Below are positions 1-12,011 of a stretch of 64,000 bases of DNA, in pieces. A model generated the notes under the pieces. It had not been told where the DNA came from and did not search any database. It saw only the letters and a program-made list of their open reading frames with translations. Source of the stretch: Chrysemys picta bellii. Lineage: Eukaryota. The position numbers and the translations under genes are program-made. The DNA is taken from the NCBI RefSeq assembly GCF_011386835.1, contig NC_088799.1, positions 66,092,001 to 66,156,000 of the forward strand. Direction: 5' to 3'. Position 1 is the stretch's first letter. Every line of letters starts with the position of its first letter.

Positions 1-1130
1 GAACATCAAGCCTTCCTTACTGCTGTGCCAGCCAGAAGGTGACCAAGAGAAGAGTCGTCACTGATACAAGGACAGAACCACCAGAGACTCCAGTTCTACT
101 GTGCTGTGCTTCATCCTCCCAGCTATAACAATGCTCATCTGTCCAGAACGACCACCCATTGGGCTGTAGATAATGCTTTATTGGAGTTTCTCAGGATCCC
201 TAGGACTTTCCCTCTCCTGCATACAAATAGGCCTGGGCTCCCCCGTCTCTTCTGGGAAGGGTTGTGCTGGCCTGAAATTCCTCTTTTTGTGTGTGGGGTA
301 GTCATGTTAGCCTCACTCTCCCTAAAATCTCCTAAAATGTTGCGAGAAATAGTCTGTAAGCTCTTTCAGGCAGGGACCATCTTTGTGTTGTGTGGCTGTA
401 CAGGTCCTGGTCCTTGAGTGGACCCCCTAGGTACTACTGCAGTGTACAAGTAATAAATAACTGGCCTGGTTTTGCAGGCCCAAGTGGTTCAGAGCAGCCT
501 CCAAACTTTGGGATGTTTCTCTGAACTGAACCACCAGCAGTTTGTCTATGGCCAGCCACCGCACACTGGGTGTCCACCTGAGAAGACAGGATAGTCAATA
601 TTCTAAGCCAGATCTTCAGTTAGTAGGAATCTGTGACTGGGTTTAACTGGGTTTTTCTTAGATGCTATCCTCTTCTTCTGCCCTTGCCCATTCTGCCCTC
701 TAAGCATAGGGCCAGATTCTCAGCTGATGTTAATCAGCATAACCACACTGAAGTCAACCACTGATTTGCACCAGTTTAAGAGTTGACCTGACCTGATGCT
801 GGGAGGAGTAGGGAGGCCTGGGGAATGGGGAGAGGTAAGGACAAGAGGGAAGGGTAATATCTAAGAAAGTCAAAATTAAACTCCTGCTCCATTGCAGAAT
901 TTTAAATAAGATGTCCTGTGAGCACAGAATAACCAGATAACCAGAACTAACTGCAAGTCTATTTGTACAATGCCTAGCACAATGGGGTCCTGCCCAAAGA
1001 TGGGGGTTTCTAGGTACTTCCACAATACAAATAATACAGACATTTCTTAATAATAATAACTATAATTTCTATTATATTAAATAGTTACTATAATAGTGAC
1101 AGTAACTCCACTGTGGCTTTCTTTTTTTTA

Positions 1131-1307
1131 TCATCATCAGGGTTGGAAGGGCCGTCAGGAGATCATCTAATCTAACCCCCTGCTCAAAGCAGGACCAATC
1201 CCTAGACAGATTTTTACCCCAGTTCCCTAAGTGGCCCCCTCAAGGATTGAACTCACAACCCCAGGTTTAGAAGGCCAATGCACAAACCACTGAGCTATTC
1301 CTCCCCC
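1131..1307 (-). mobile_element. tRNA-derived SINE with CR1-like 3' tail (tortoise PolIII/SINE type)
   Basis: Reverse complement reads GGGGGAGGAATAGCTCAGTGGTTTGTGCATTGGCC...GTTGTGAGTTCAATCCTTGAG (A/B boxes), then a CR1 3' end (...CCCTTCCAACCCTGATG). Same family as 38207-38392. Confidence 0.85.
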
Positions 1308-2530
1308 AATTGTGTATCACTATTTTTCTTTCCTAACGAACAGCAGCTGATCAGACATTCCTCACTGGAGATAGCCCGTTGTTCACTGCAAGCAGCACAA
1401 GTGAAGCAAAGCCATTCAACCGCTCACTCACTGTGACTCAGAGTAACTCCCATCACCGCCAAACGGAGTTCTCAGTGACATGCTGATAATAAGCCTCAGC
1501 CACCAGATTCTGGCACCCTCAGACACCCTGAGTACCCCTCACTCCACCGAGATCAATAGGTTTATTCAGGGAGAACGGTACTACTTGATGTAAGGACATT
1601 GAAAACTGCTCCTGGGTCCCTATGAGGATGCAGAAAAAGACCAAGGCACCTTGTTTTGGGGTGGAGAAATAATAGCTGACTTTCCCCCCTCCTCTCACGT
1701 GATGGAGCTAGGGATTTTTAAGGACTGACAGGTGTAACCATTCCCCAGCAACCCCTCAGTTGCAATACTTCTACCTCTAACACAATGCTTCCCTAAACAA
1801 CTGCCTGTTCTTATATGGTAGAACCATCCCTGGCTTCTGCCTCAGCCAGACTTCTGAAGTCAAATGCTACCATCTTTCCCTGAACTTTCTTTCAATACCC
1901 AAAGAATGACTAGAAACTCCCAGCCCAGCCACCCAGGCCTGAAGAGAAAAAACACCCCTCCCAGCAGCACCCTGAAAATCCATGTAATATTCCTGCGCTA
2001 AGAATCCCTCAGAACTGAGCCCCAATTCCAGCCAGGAGACAAGATCATCTCATGTTAAAGGAGTGGACGTCAGAGTCTCTCACCAGTTAGCCTCTGCTGT
2101 CCGGCTGCTGGTCACACTCTCCTCCTTCCTGCAGTATTCAACTAAATCTAATCTGGATTTAAACTAGTCACTACCTGTAGCCTTCTTAATCCCAGGATGG
2201 GTTCAGACCAGGAGATCTGTGCATTATGGGAAATGTAGTTCTGACGGCTCTGCCTCTCCTGCTGCATTTTACAAGGCTGGAGGGTGAGTTGCTTTATCCA
2301 CAATGCCATGTGCATGACCACTGAATAAAGCAACAATCAGGTCCATCTCTGTTTTTAAATGGCTTGGAGAAATGGAGCACTCGGATTGGCCACTATGGTT
2401 TTCCAACAAAGACAGTATCTGCTGTAACAGATCACTCATTGGCCTAATCTCCCAATTACTATTCATGCCCTGTAGCACCTGCAAAGAGCAACAGCCATTC
2501 ACCGCTCATGTGGCATCCTTTCTTGGGGAG

Positions 2531-2740
2531 TATCAGAGGGGTAGCCGTGTTAGTCTGAATCTGTAAAAAGCAACAGAGGATCCTGTGGCACCTTTAAGAC
2601 TAACAGAAGTATTGGAGCATAAGCTTTCGTGGGTGAATGCCCACGCAAGGCATTGCGTCTGATGAAGTGGGCATTCACTCACGAAAGCTTATGCTCCAAT
2701 ACTTCTGTTAGTCTTAAAGGTGCCACAGGACCCTCTGTTG
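2531..2740. mobile_element. Penelope-like element 3'-end remnant as an inverted (hairpin) pair, with hammerhead motif
   Basis: Arms ~2570-2644 and ~2667-2742 are reverse complements. CTGATGA-A-GTGGG-N6-CTCAC-GAAAGCTT-ATGC at 2659-2694. Flanked by the direct repeat CTTTCTTGGGGAG (2518-2530, 2741-2753). Confidence 0.8.
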
Positions 2741-4879
2741 CTTTCTTGGGGAGAGTTGCCTTTGTTGCTCTCCTCCCACCCCCCTTTTAAAAATAAGATA
2801 TAACCGGCTCTTGTGAATTCACTAGTGTTTGTTTTTATTTAGTATCTTTATAAGGCAGCTACTGGGTAACATCTGAACACTCTATGATAAAGTCAGACAT
2901 ATTATTCAAATCAGATCTACCAGCTTGAATAGATCACCAGCCAGAAGCAAAGGATCCAGGACAGGGGAACCCAGGGTCCCACAGGCAAATGCAAGGAAAC
3001 AGTTCCCAAGTGATAGCAAAAAATTAAGGAAGATGGGTTATATATTAATCAGTGTAGAGAGCCCAAAATACAGCTTCCAAAACACATGGCCTTACAGCGT
3101 GTTCTGAAAGCAGCCAGCAGAAAGTATGTCAGCCAGAGAATAGGGTGAGCCTGATCACATGATTGGAACTTGCAGGTCAGTAAGTGAAACCCTGGGAGAG
3201 ACACTGTTCAAACTCACTGCAGCAAAGAAGAAATGGCTACTTAGATGGAATCAGACTAGGGAAGGCTGGATGGGTGACTGATAACTAGGTCATATGTAGC
3301 CCAAGCTTGAAATGCCCAAAGTTTTTACCATCTGGCTGCTGCTGGTCAGTGGCCTATGTAAAATGAACCTGGCAGGTATGAGTGCAGTTCCTACTGGGTG
3401 GGTGTAGAGGTCACAAAACCACCATCATAGGTGGCATGAGTTGGCAACCTCATCTGGTGCCCAACCAGAGGCCAGCTATTGAATGGTCATGGAGCCTGAA
3501 CTATGCCTGAGACCCTTTGGCTGTGCAGTGTGGGGAAGCTTATGTTGTCATTACTCTTGCTGCATGTGTTCTGTGGATAAATAGACTATCTGACACTTTC
3601 CACTGGATGCTTTTTGAAATGATTAAAGCAATTTACTACCCAGCTAGGTGCAGCAGGGTCAGCAAGAGAAGATGATGTTCCCTTATTTCAGAAGGAAACC
3701 AGGGAGCACCAATGGGAATCCAGATCTGCAAACCTGACACAGGAAGTGGGAAGAAAGTGCTGAGAAGCACTACTAGGGAAAGGGCTGTTTAGGGGCAATT
3801 AGCCCATTGAATTGGCTACAATCCTTGGACTACATTACTAACCGCATAGATGGAGAGGAACCAGATCTCCGGGCTCCATGGGATACTGCACACCTATGCA
3901 CCAGACTTGTTCACAATGCATTTAAAGCACAGGAGGATGTGGGTTGAAAGCTGTTTTCTAGGAATAGGAAGCACTGTGCGATGGGGCTGGCAGGTGTGAT
4001 AAACAGGGAGGGGCTGCTTGTTCTGCAACCCCCAGCCTCTTATCTCTCCCCCACAGGCTTCTGTTTGCCACACCCCTGTTTCCTGCCCCTGAAACTATCA
4101 TTCCCCCTACAGACAAAGGACTTGAGAAGGCTCCAAGCTGCAATTTTCCCAGTAGCTCAATTTTGACAGGAGGGAGGGCATCAGGGATGAAGATGCAGCA
4201 AAGGGAGAGGACATCATGAGCAAACTGAAAGGGATTTGGACAGATTAATCTGTGGGCTGGATACATGGCTCCTACAGCGCAGTGTATGGAAGCGGACAAA
4301 TAGAATCCAGCAGAACACAGAGCAGAAGACATGAAGGGGCACTGGGGAGAGAGGGGCAATATTAATTAGAAATCATGTGAAGGGCATTCAGCCCAAGAAG
4401 CGATGGACCATGCTATACACAAGGCTATGAGAGTCTGGAGGCAACGGGGAAGTACCAAAGACCCCACTGTCATTTGGGATATCGTGGGTATTCCTGGTGC
4501 CCGTTTTCTGTTAGGGAGGATATTGCTGGGACTGAAGATGGGCCACTGAATGTGTAGGGTTAGGGAGATGTAAATGATAGAGATCTGCCAAAAACCAGAC
4601 AGATAGAAGAAGGGTCATCTTGCAGAGAGAGAGAGGAAGGGATCAGAATGATACACATAAGCGGTTTAAAGACAGCAATGCTATTTTGGACTGCTGAGTT
4701 CAGCAGAGGTGGAGGGCATGGATGGTGAGGAGCATGCATGGCGTACCCCATGGCATGCAAATTTTGATTTCCAGGGGGCAACCCATCCTGTGGCACCTGC
4801 CAGTTCTTTTATCTTCTGGCCTCTTATGAATACCTTGACAGTTTTCTATCTGCTCTGATATTAGTAAATGAATAGCAAT

Positions 4880-4966
4880 GGGCCAGATCTGTAGGTGGTG
4901 TAATCAGCATAGCCCCAGTGAAATCCATGGAGCAACACTGATTTACTCCAGCTGAGGATGTAGCCC
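4880..4966. repeat. Old ~87-bp palindromic MITE-like hairpin element
   Basis: GGGCCAGATC... ...GGATGTAGCCC ends around an imperfect palindrome. Similar decayed copies at ~709-790 and ~60165-60242. Confidence 0.55.
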
Positions 4967-5636
4967 AATAATTCTTAGCACTTAGTGGTTTTGCTTTTCA
5001 TCCAAAGATCTCATCACAGTGCATGACGCTAACCAGGCAAGGTCCCTGCCTTAAGGGGGTTATTTACTAAACCAGATGGTTAAAATGATAAACAGGGCAA
5101 AAGAACCAGAGGAAAGGGGAAATACATCACAGTTCAGGGCAACTACACCAGTATTTCCCCCCTGTGCTCTAGTAATGACACCCTCTGTCAGGCATCCCGC
5201 TCCCCAGCCATCACCTCTTTTGGGTGGAGACTCGCATCTCTCTCCTTTCTGACCTTGGTATTTCCAGGCTGCGCAGTTCCCTGCCTTCACTGTGTTAGCC
5301 CAGCAAAAGACAATCTGAGCAGACGTTATCTCTTTGTCTTCCAAGACAGGTAACAGTGTGGCTGCCCAGTTATAGCTACGGAGCACACAGCACTTCCTGT
5401 GCAGGCCTCTTTTATTCTCTGAAGGTAAAAAGCACTACAGAAAAAACATACCCAAAACAGGAAAAGAATCTGCACACCAGCTAATAAGCTTACCAGAGAT
5501 CACCCCAACCCTAACAGGAGCTCTGGCTGGAGCACCCCACTGAAGGAGTATCCTTGTGGTTTCAAGGTCCGCTTCAGCTCAGAACAATCACACAGTCTTA
5601 TGGGGCCTCAGTGGGCCCAGTCCTTCCATCACTTCC

Positions 5637-6380
5637 CAGGGCTGCCCGGGGGGGTCAAATGGGGCAATTTACCCCAGGCCCCGGGCCCCACAGGGGCCCC
5701 CACGAGAATGTCGGAGGCTCCTCCCCGCCTTCACCTCGCCTTCCCCCATCCCCCAGCGCCTCAGCACGCCGCATCCAGGAGCGGCCCTGGACAGCACTGC
5801 AGCGGCGAGGCTCGGGTGGGGCCTGAGGTCCTCCCGCTCGGAGCCGCGTGGTAAGGGGGTGGGGCTGTGAGCTCCGGAGGGCCGAGCAGCAGGAGCTCCT
5901 GGATGCAGCTCGCTGAGGCTCGGGGGGAGGCAGCATGGTAAGCCCCTCTGAGCCGGGCACCCCCTGACCCCATCCCTGACCCCCAGCTCCAAGCCCAGCC
6001 CCTCTGAGCCGGGCACCCCCCGACCCCACCCAGCCCTGACCCCCAGCTCCAAGCCCAGCCTCTCTGAGCCGGGCACCCCCCGACCCCACCCAGCCCTGAC
6101 CCCCAGCTCCGAGCCCTGCCCCTCTGAGCCGGGCACCCCCCGACCCCGAGCCCAGCTCCCCACTCAGCCCTGGGCAACAGTAGTGCCACCCCCAGGCAGC
6201 GACAGCCCATTGGCACCAACCATCGCCATCACCCAGCAACAGCCCATTATGTAATTGCAAATGTATACATACCATTAAAGCATTTAATGTTTTAAAATAA
6301 TAGTATTGCAACTTTTTTTTAGGGAAGGGGCCCCCGAAATTGCTTTGCCCCAGGCCCCCTGAATCCTCTGGGCGGCCCTG
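5637..6380. mobile_element. hAT non-autonomous element (744 bp)
   Basis: TIRs CAGGGCTGCCC / GGGCGGCCCTG. Perfect 8-bp TSD TCACTTCC (5629-5636, 6381-6388). Confidence 0.9.
5942..6157. repeat. 60-bp GC-rich minisatellite, ~3.5 copies, inside the hAT element
   Basis: Unit CCTCTGAGCCGGGCACCCCCCGACCCCACCCAGCCCTGACCCCCAGCTCC... restarts at 6001, 6061 and 6121. Confidence 0.9.
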
Positions 6381-8863
6381 TCACTTCCCTAAATATTGAG
6401 GCCCTCTGTGGACCAGGGGTCCTGTCCATTTGCTGGATCAGGAAAAACCAGTTTAAAACCAGGCTATTTATCCAAAAATGCTTTGTTTGTTAGTCCCTGG
6501 ACTCCCTCTACCTCTGAACCAGTATACATGCATCTCTCCACGGGTGGCTTCAAAGGGCTGATAACCGGAGGAATTACATTAGTATCCCTCTCCTCCTCCT
6601 ACAGAAGTTACATATAATTCTACAACAACACATACACTAATTGCATTTTTAATAAAAATGGACCCTAAAGGTATTAACCTTAATTCAATAAGGTTTAACT
6701 TAATTCTGTAAAATTCATTCAGGATATGGCAGGAAATGATCAGTCTGTCACAGCTGCCCTGGGAGATTATCAGTATTTGTGATCATGTGGGCTGATCCAC
6801 TTGAGTCCTCACTCCATTGATTCCTTAGGGCTGATCTTGGGGAGGAATTTGCATAATGGCTTTGGAACTAATGAGCAGATTGCAAGCAAGGAGCAGGAGA
6901 GTCTGAGAACAGATTTCAGACTGCTAATAGTGATCCAGGTAGAATTGCCTGACATCAGTGAGGCAAGCAGAGCAAGCACAGAAAAAGTTATTGTTAATTA
7001 ATGTTTAATGCCAACATTGTATTCAGCACAGAAAACATGGACATAAAGAACCTAGACACAGCTAACAGAGCACAGTGGAAATCCAGAGCTGAAGAGAGTT
7101 TAGAGATTTGTTGTTTCCATATTTCTAACAAACTCCCTTCTCTTAAGCACTGCAGGAATTGGGACAAACTTCCAGAGATATGAGGCAGTGACGCACACTC
7201 ACCAGCTCAAGAGGGAGAAGAGCAGATTTTGGGGAGGAAAAGACAACACTTGGGACCCAGAACAGGGACTCTAGGAGATTGTGTGGGAGGGCCACCAGGC
7301 AGATAGGTGATAATGGGGCTACATAGGGACTAGTGGTGAAGGCTTGGGCCTATCTTCATTCTCTTTTCAGCAAGCTGGCTCTGGCTGTAGCACAAAGAAA
7401 TGCATTTCAGCTTGTCCCTTATTAATCAAAGCTCAGCACAGGCATCGTTCCTTCATAAACAACACCCCTGCCCAACACATACATGTTTCTTGCTTGCTAC
7501 ATATGATCAGCTCCTGCAATTGCTTTATCCCTTGACCACTAATCTGCAAATTGTATGTAACTCATTATACATTGGGCGTGTTGCAGGCTCCCCAGCATCC
7601 TTCCTCTAACACACCTTGCTGTGCACTGCTGTTTAATGGGTTAGGAGTGTAGGTCGTGTACATATACAGTCAGTGGGCAGATGGTTAATGAGTAACACAG
7701 GAAGTTTCCAACAGGATGTTGCTGCTAAATAGCGCGCATGTACACACACCCTTTGGTTGAGTAAACATCCATTAGAAACTCCTGCTGCTTCTTTCATGTA
7801 CCTCCTGGAGAAGGGACAGTGTACTCACCAACCAGGGGAAACGTGACGCCCTCCCGCACTTGCTGGCTCTGCTGCAGCCCAGAAAGGGGGGGAATAAGGC
7901 TGTGGCTGAAAGCCTGCTGCACTGCAGTTTATGGGCTAGGTGGTGTCAGCACTTCCATTGTAAGAACTCCCCTTCTGAGAGGACAATAAGATAACCCATC
8001 ACTTAGGGCTAAGACTTGGCTGCAAGGAGATATAACAGATGTGCTGGATATTGTCACTCACTTGTGTCCTCCAGGCCCCTCTTATAGCCCTCAGGACCTT
8101 CCTCACACATCCCCACTTCACAGTGCTCGTCTCTGGCAGAGAGAGGTTTGAACCCCTCACTGTTGCTCCTTGGGTCTGCCAGGAGGGTGGTGAATGAACA
8201 GTGCTAGGGAGAACCTCCCACTTTCCTGGAGCAGTTCATTGGACTCCCCTCAATTAACACTAAGGATCAGGCAAGTCCATAAAAGTCAGTTTCCAAATGG
8301 AATTCAAAGTTCAGCTGCCATTACTTTACTTCTCCCAGCAGTGGTCCTCTCACTCTCACAGGCGGCTTGTTTTGGACTGCCTGGACCTGCCACAGGTGCG
8401 CCAGCACAGCAGGGTGAGAGGACTGAACTGAATCAAAGCCCTGATCTCATTTAAAAATAGTTTATCTGAATAAAAACCCTAATCAAAATAAAAATAATGA
8501 ATAGTTTCCCCTTCTCTAGTCCCTTCTCTCCAAGGACGGCAAAGCGCTTTACAGACGTTTGTCTATTTAGTCTCACCTCACACCAGCTTGGCGAGAGGGA
8601 GGAGTATAACCTCATTGGGAAAGGGGGCTATAAAACTTGGTGCCCTGATTTTCTGAAGTTACCACTGAGTTCAGGTGCCTCGTTCTGAGACAGCTTGGGT
8701 CTGACTGTCAAAGGGGCTGAGATCGCCTGCCGCTCCCACTGATATTAAGTGGTGTGCATGGTTCGCAGCAAGTCAGGCAGAAGGTGTCAAGTTGGGCCCC
8801 ATCAAACCAAAGCACCTCCTTAGTGGCCTCTTTTAAAAGTGTGGCTGCAGGCGACTTGCCTAA

Positions 8864-9488
8864 GGCCTTGGCTACACTTGCAGCTGTACAGCGCTGTGAG
8901 GTAAACCTGTCTTCGTGCAGCTGAGTAGGGAAAAGCGCTGCAGTCTATCCACACTGGCAGCTGCCAGCGCAGTGGTGTGGCCACACTTGTAACATTTGCA
9001 GCTGTGTTGGGAGCGGTGCATTATGGGCAGCTATCCCAGCATTCATGTGGCTGCAACGTGCTTTTCAAAACGGGGGGGGGGGGGATTGTGACAGGGAGTG
9101 TGGAGGGAGAAAGAGTGCTTTTTGGAGCATGTCAGCTCTCTATTTTGCAAGTTCCGAACTCCCGGCCCCCTGCTCATTCATTCACTCACTCAAAGCAAGC
9201 TGCAATCTGTTTGCTTTTCTCTGTGGTAGGAGCTTTGAAACCTGCACTTCCGCATTCGAGGATTGGCCACTTGACAAGGTGATTAGTACAGCCCTGCAAG
9301 CGTTTACACTCACACCCGTGAGTCGTAGCCACTCTCCTGCAGCTGTTATTCCTCTTGGGGAGGTGGAGTACCTGCGTTGTACCCAGGGAGATACAGCGCT
9401 GTAACTGCCCTGCCAGTGTGGACGGGGAGTGAGTTACAGCGCTGGGGGAGGCTTTACAGCGCTGTAACTTGCAAGTGTAGCCAAGGCC
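8864..9488. mobile_element. PIF/Harbinger MITE (625 bp), same family as the 27941-31936 element
   Basis: Perfect 19-bp TIR GGCCTTGGCTACACTTGCA. TAA TSD (8861-8863, 9489-9491). About 180 bp at the left end and 140 bp at the right end closely match the ends of the 27941-31936 element. Confidence 0.93.
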
Positions 9489-9879
9489 TAAGGCACCCTA
9501 AGGGTATGTCTACACTACGAGAGTAGTTCGATTGTACTTAAATCGAATATGTGGAATCGATATTACAAAGTCGAACGTGTGTATCCACACTAAGGACAGT
9601 AATTCGACTTTGTGAGTCCACACTAACGGGGCAAGCATCGACATTGCAAGCGGTGCACTGTGGGCAGCTATCCCACAGTTCCCGCAGTCCCCGCTGCCCA
9701 TTGGAATTCTGGGTCGAGCCCCCAATGCCTGCTGGGGAAAAAAATGTGTCGAGGGTGGTTTTGGGTAACTGTCGTCATCCAACCATCACTCCCGCCCTCC
9801 CTCCCTGAAAGCGCCGGCAGGCAATCAGTTCGCACACTTTTCTGGAGAGTGACAGTGCGGACGCCACAGCACTGCGAGC

Positions 9880-11181
9880 ATGGAGCCCGCTGCGAGCATG
9901 GAGCCCGCTGCGACCATCGCTGCAGTTATGGCCGTTGTCAACACCTCGCACCTTATCATCCACCTTTTCCAGAGGCAGATGCTGAGAAATCGGGCGAGGA
10001 GGCTACGGCAGCGCGGTGAGGACATGAAGTCTGAGAGTGGCACAGACCTCTCACAAAGCACGGGACCCCGCGCCGTGAACATCATAGTGGCAATGGGTCA
10101 TGTTGATGCTGTGGAATGGCGATTCTCGGCCCGGGAAACAAGCACGAACTGGTGGGACTGCATAGTGCTGCAGGTCTGGGATGAATCACAGTGGCTATGA
10201 AACTTTCGTATGCGGAAGGGAACTTTCCTGGAACTTTGTGATTTGCTGTCCCCTGCCCTGACGTGCAAGGACACCCGGATGCGAGCAGCCCTGACTGTCC
10301 AGAAGCGAGTGGCCATAGCCCTCTGGAAGCTTGCAATGCCAGACAGCTACCGGTCAGTCGCGAATCACTTTGGCGTCAGCAAATCTACTGTGGGGGTTGC
10401 TGTGATGCAAGTAGCCAATGCAATCGTTGAGCTACTGCTGTCAAAGGTAGTGACCCTTGGAAACGTCCAGGTCATCATAGATGGCTTCGCCGCGATGGGA
10501 TTCCCAAACTGCGGTGGGGCTATAGATGGAACTCACATTCCTATCCTGGGACCGGACCACCAGGCCAGCCAGTACATTAACCAAAAGGGCTACTTTTCAA
10601 TGGTGCTGCAAACACTGGTGGACCATAGGGGACGTTTTACAAACATCAACGTAGGATGGCCGGGCAAGGTTCATGACGCTCGTGTTTTCAGGAACTCTGG
10701 TCTGTTTAGACGGCTGCAGGAAGGTATTTACTTCCCGGAGCAGAAAATAACTCTTGGGGATGTGGAGATGCCTATAGTGATCCTCGGGGACCCAGCCTAC
10801 CCACTAATGCCCTGGCTCATGAAGCCCTATACAGGCGCCCTGGACAGTGAAAAAGAACTCTTCAACTACCGTCTGAGCAAGTGCAGAATGGTGGTGGAGT
10901 GTGCTTTTGGACGTCTCAAGGGGAGATGGAGAAGCTTACTGACTCGCTCTGATCTCAGCAAAACCAATATCCCCATTGTTATTGCAGCTTGCTGTGTGCT
11001 CCACAATCTCTGTGAGAGCAAGGGGGAGACCTTTATGGTGGGGTGGGAGGTTGAGGCGAATAGCCTGACTGCTGATTACGCCCAGCCAGACAGCCGTGCG
11101 ATTAGAAGAGCCCAGCGGGACGCGCTGTGCATCCGGGAGGCTTTGAAAGCTAGGATCCTGAGTGAGCAGGGTAACCTGTGA
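9880..11181 (+). pseudogene. Harbinger DDE transposase (HARBI1-like, DDE_Tnp_4 type) with one in-frame stop
   Basis: ORFs 9880-10200 and 10210-11181 share a frame. TGA at 10198-10200 sits where the paralog at 12012 has Arg (QWLRNFRMRK). GAIDGTH, LGDPAY and VVECAF motifs are present. An 18-bp tandem duplication (9872-9913) repeats the start codon. Confidence 0.92.
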
Positions 11182-12011
11182 CTATTAAGTTTGTTTAAAG
11201 AGAAGCTGAACCTGCCCCCGTTTCTTTACCCACTTACTGTTGACTATCCTCTCCAGCTACATACCCCGTTCACCCCATCCCCCCCCTTCCAACACACGTT
11301 TAAAAATAAAATAAATGGAACTTTGTTAACACCGTTTTCTTTATTACGGATTTTGCGGTAAAGTGTTGAAACTGGGACGCAGACTGTGGTGGGGAGCGGG
11401 CGTAGTGATGTAAAGAATGCTTCTAAACTCGAGGAATGACAGGCTCCTGCTCCTAGAGAGGTCCGCAGTGGTGGACTGGTTGTTTCAACGGAGCCTGCCA
11501 CCCCTCCTTTTCGGGGGCTATGTGACTTTGTGGCGGGGGAGGACGGTTACAGATCCCCTGCTGCGTGGCTCTGTGATCCAGGATAAGGACCGCAGCATAA
11601 GATCTCTATCCACCCTCCCCTGCCACAAAGGGTATGTCTACACTACGGGATTAATCCGAATTTATATAATTCGAATTTGGGAAACAGATTGTATAAAGTA
11701 GAAATGTATGCGGCCACACTAAGCACATTAATTCGGCGGTGTGCGTCCAAGTACCGGGGCTAGCGTCGATTTCTGCAGCGTTGCACTCTGGGTAGCTATC
11801 CCATAGTTCCCGCAGTCTCCCGCGCCCATTGGAATTCTGGGTTGAGATCCCAGTGCCTGATGGGACAAAAAACATCGTCGCAGGTGGTTCTGGGTACAGC
11901 CTCACCTCCTCCCTCACTCCCTCCCTCCCTGCATGAAAGCAACGGACGGCAGACAACCATTTCGCGCCTTTTTTCCTGGGTGAACACTGCAGACTCCATA
12001 CCACGGCAAGC

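Noticed and set aside
1-60. The - strand ends in an acceptor-like tract followed by ...GCTTG-ATG-TTC, which could be the MF start of ARL13A (the next gene by mammalian synteny)
   Set aside because: Only two codons are visible at the window edge, which cannot be told from chance without the flanking sequence.
2226-2289. Signal-peptide-like mini exon MGNVVLTALPLLLHFTRLE-G followed by a GTGAGT donor
   Set aside because: No compatible downstream phase-1 exon with a recognisable domain was found, so it is probably chance.
4190-4270. Possible CR1 RT trace (RDLDRL..WA)
   Set aside because: Too short and decayed to delimit or support.
5554-6311. Several long overlapping ORFs (up to 218 aa)
   Set aside because: They arise from the GC-rich hAT element and its 60-bp minisatellite. 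They are low complexity with no domain.
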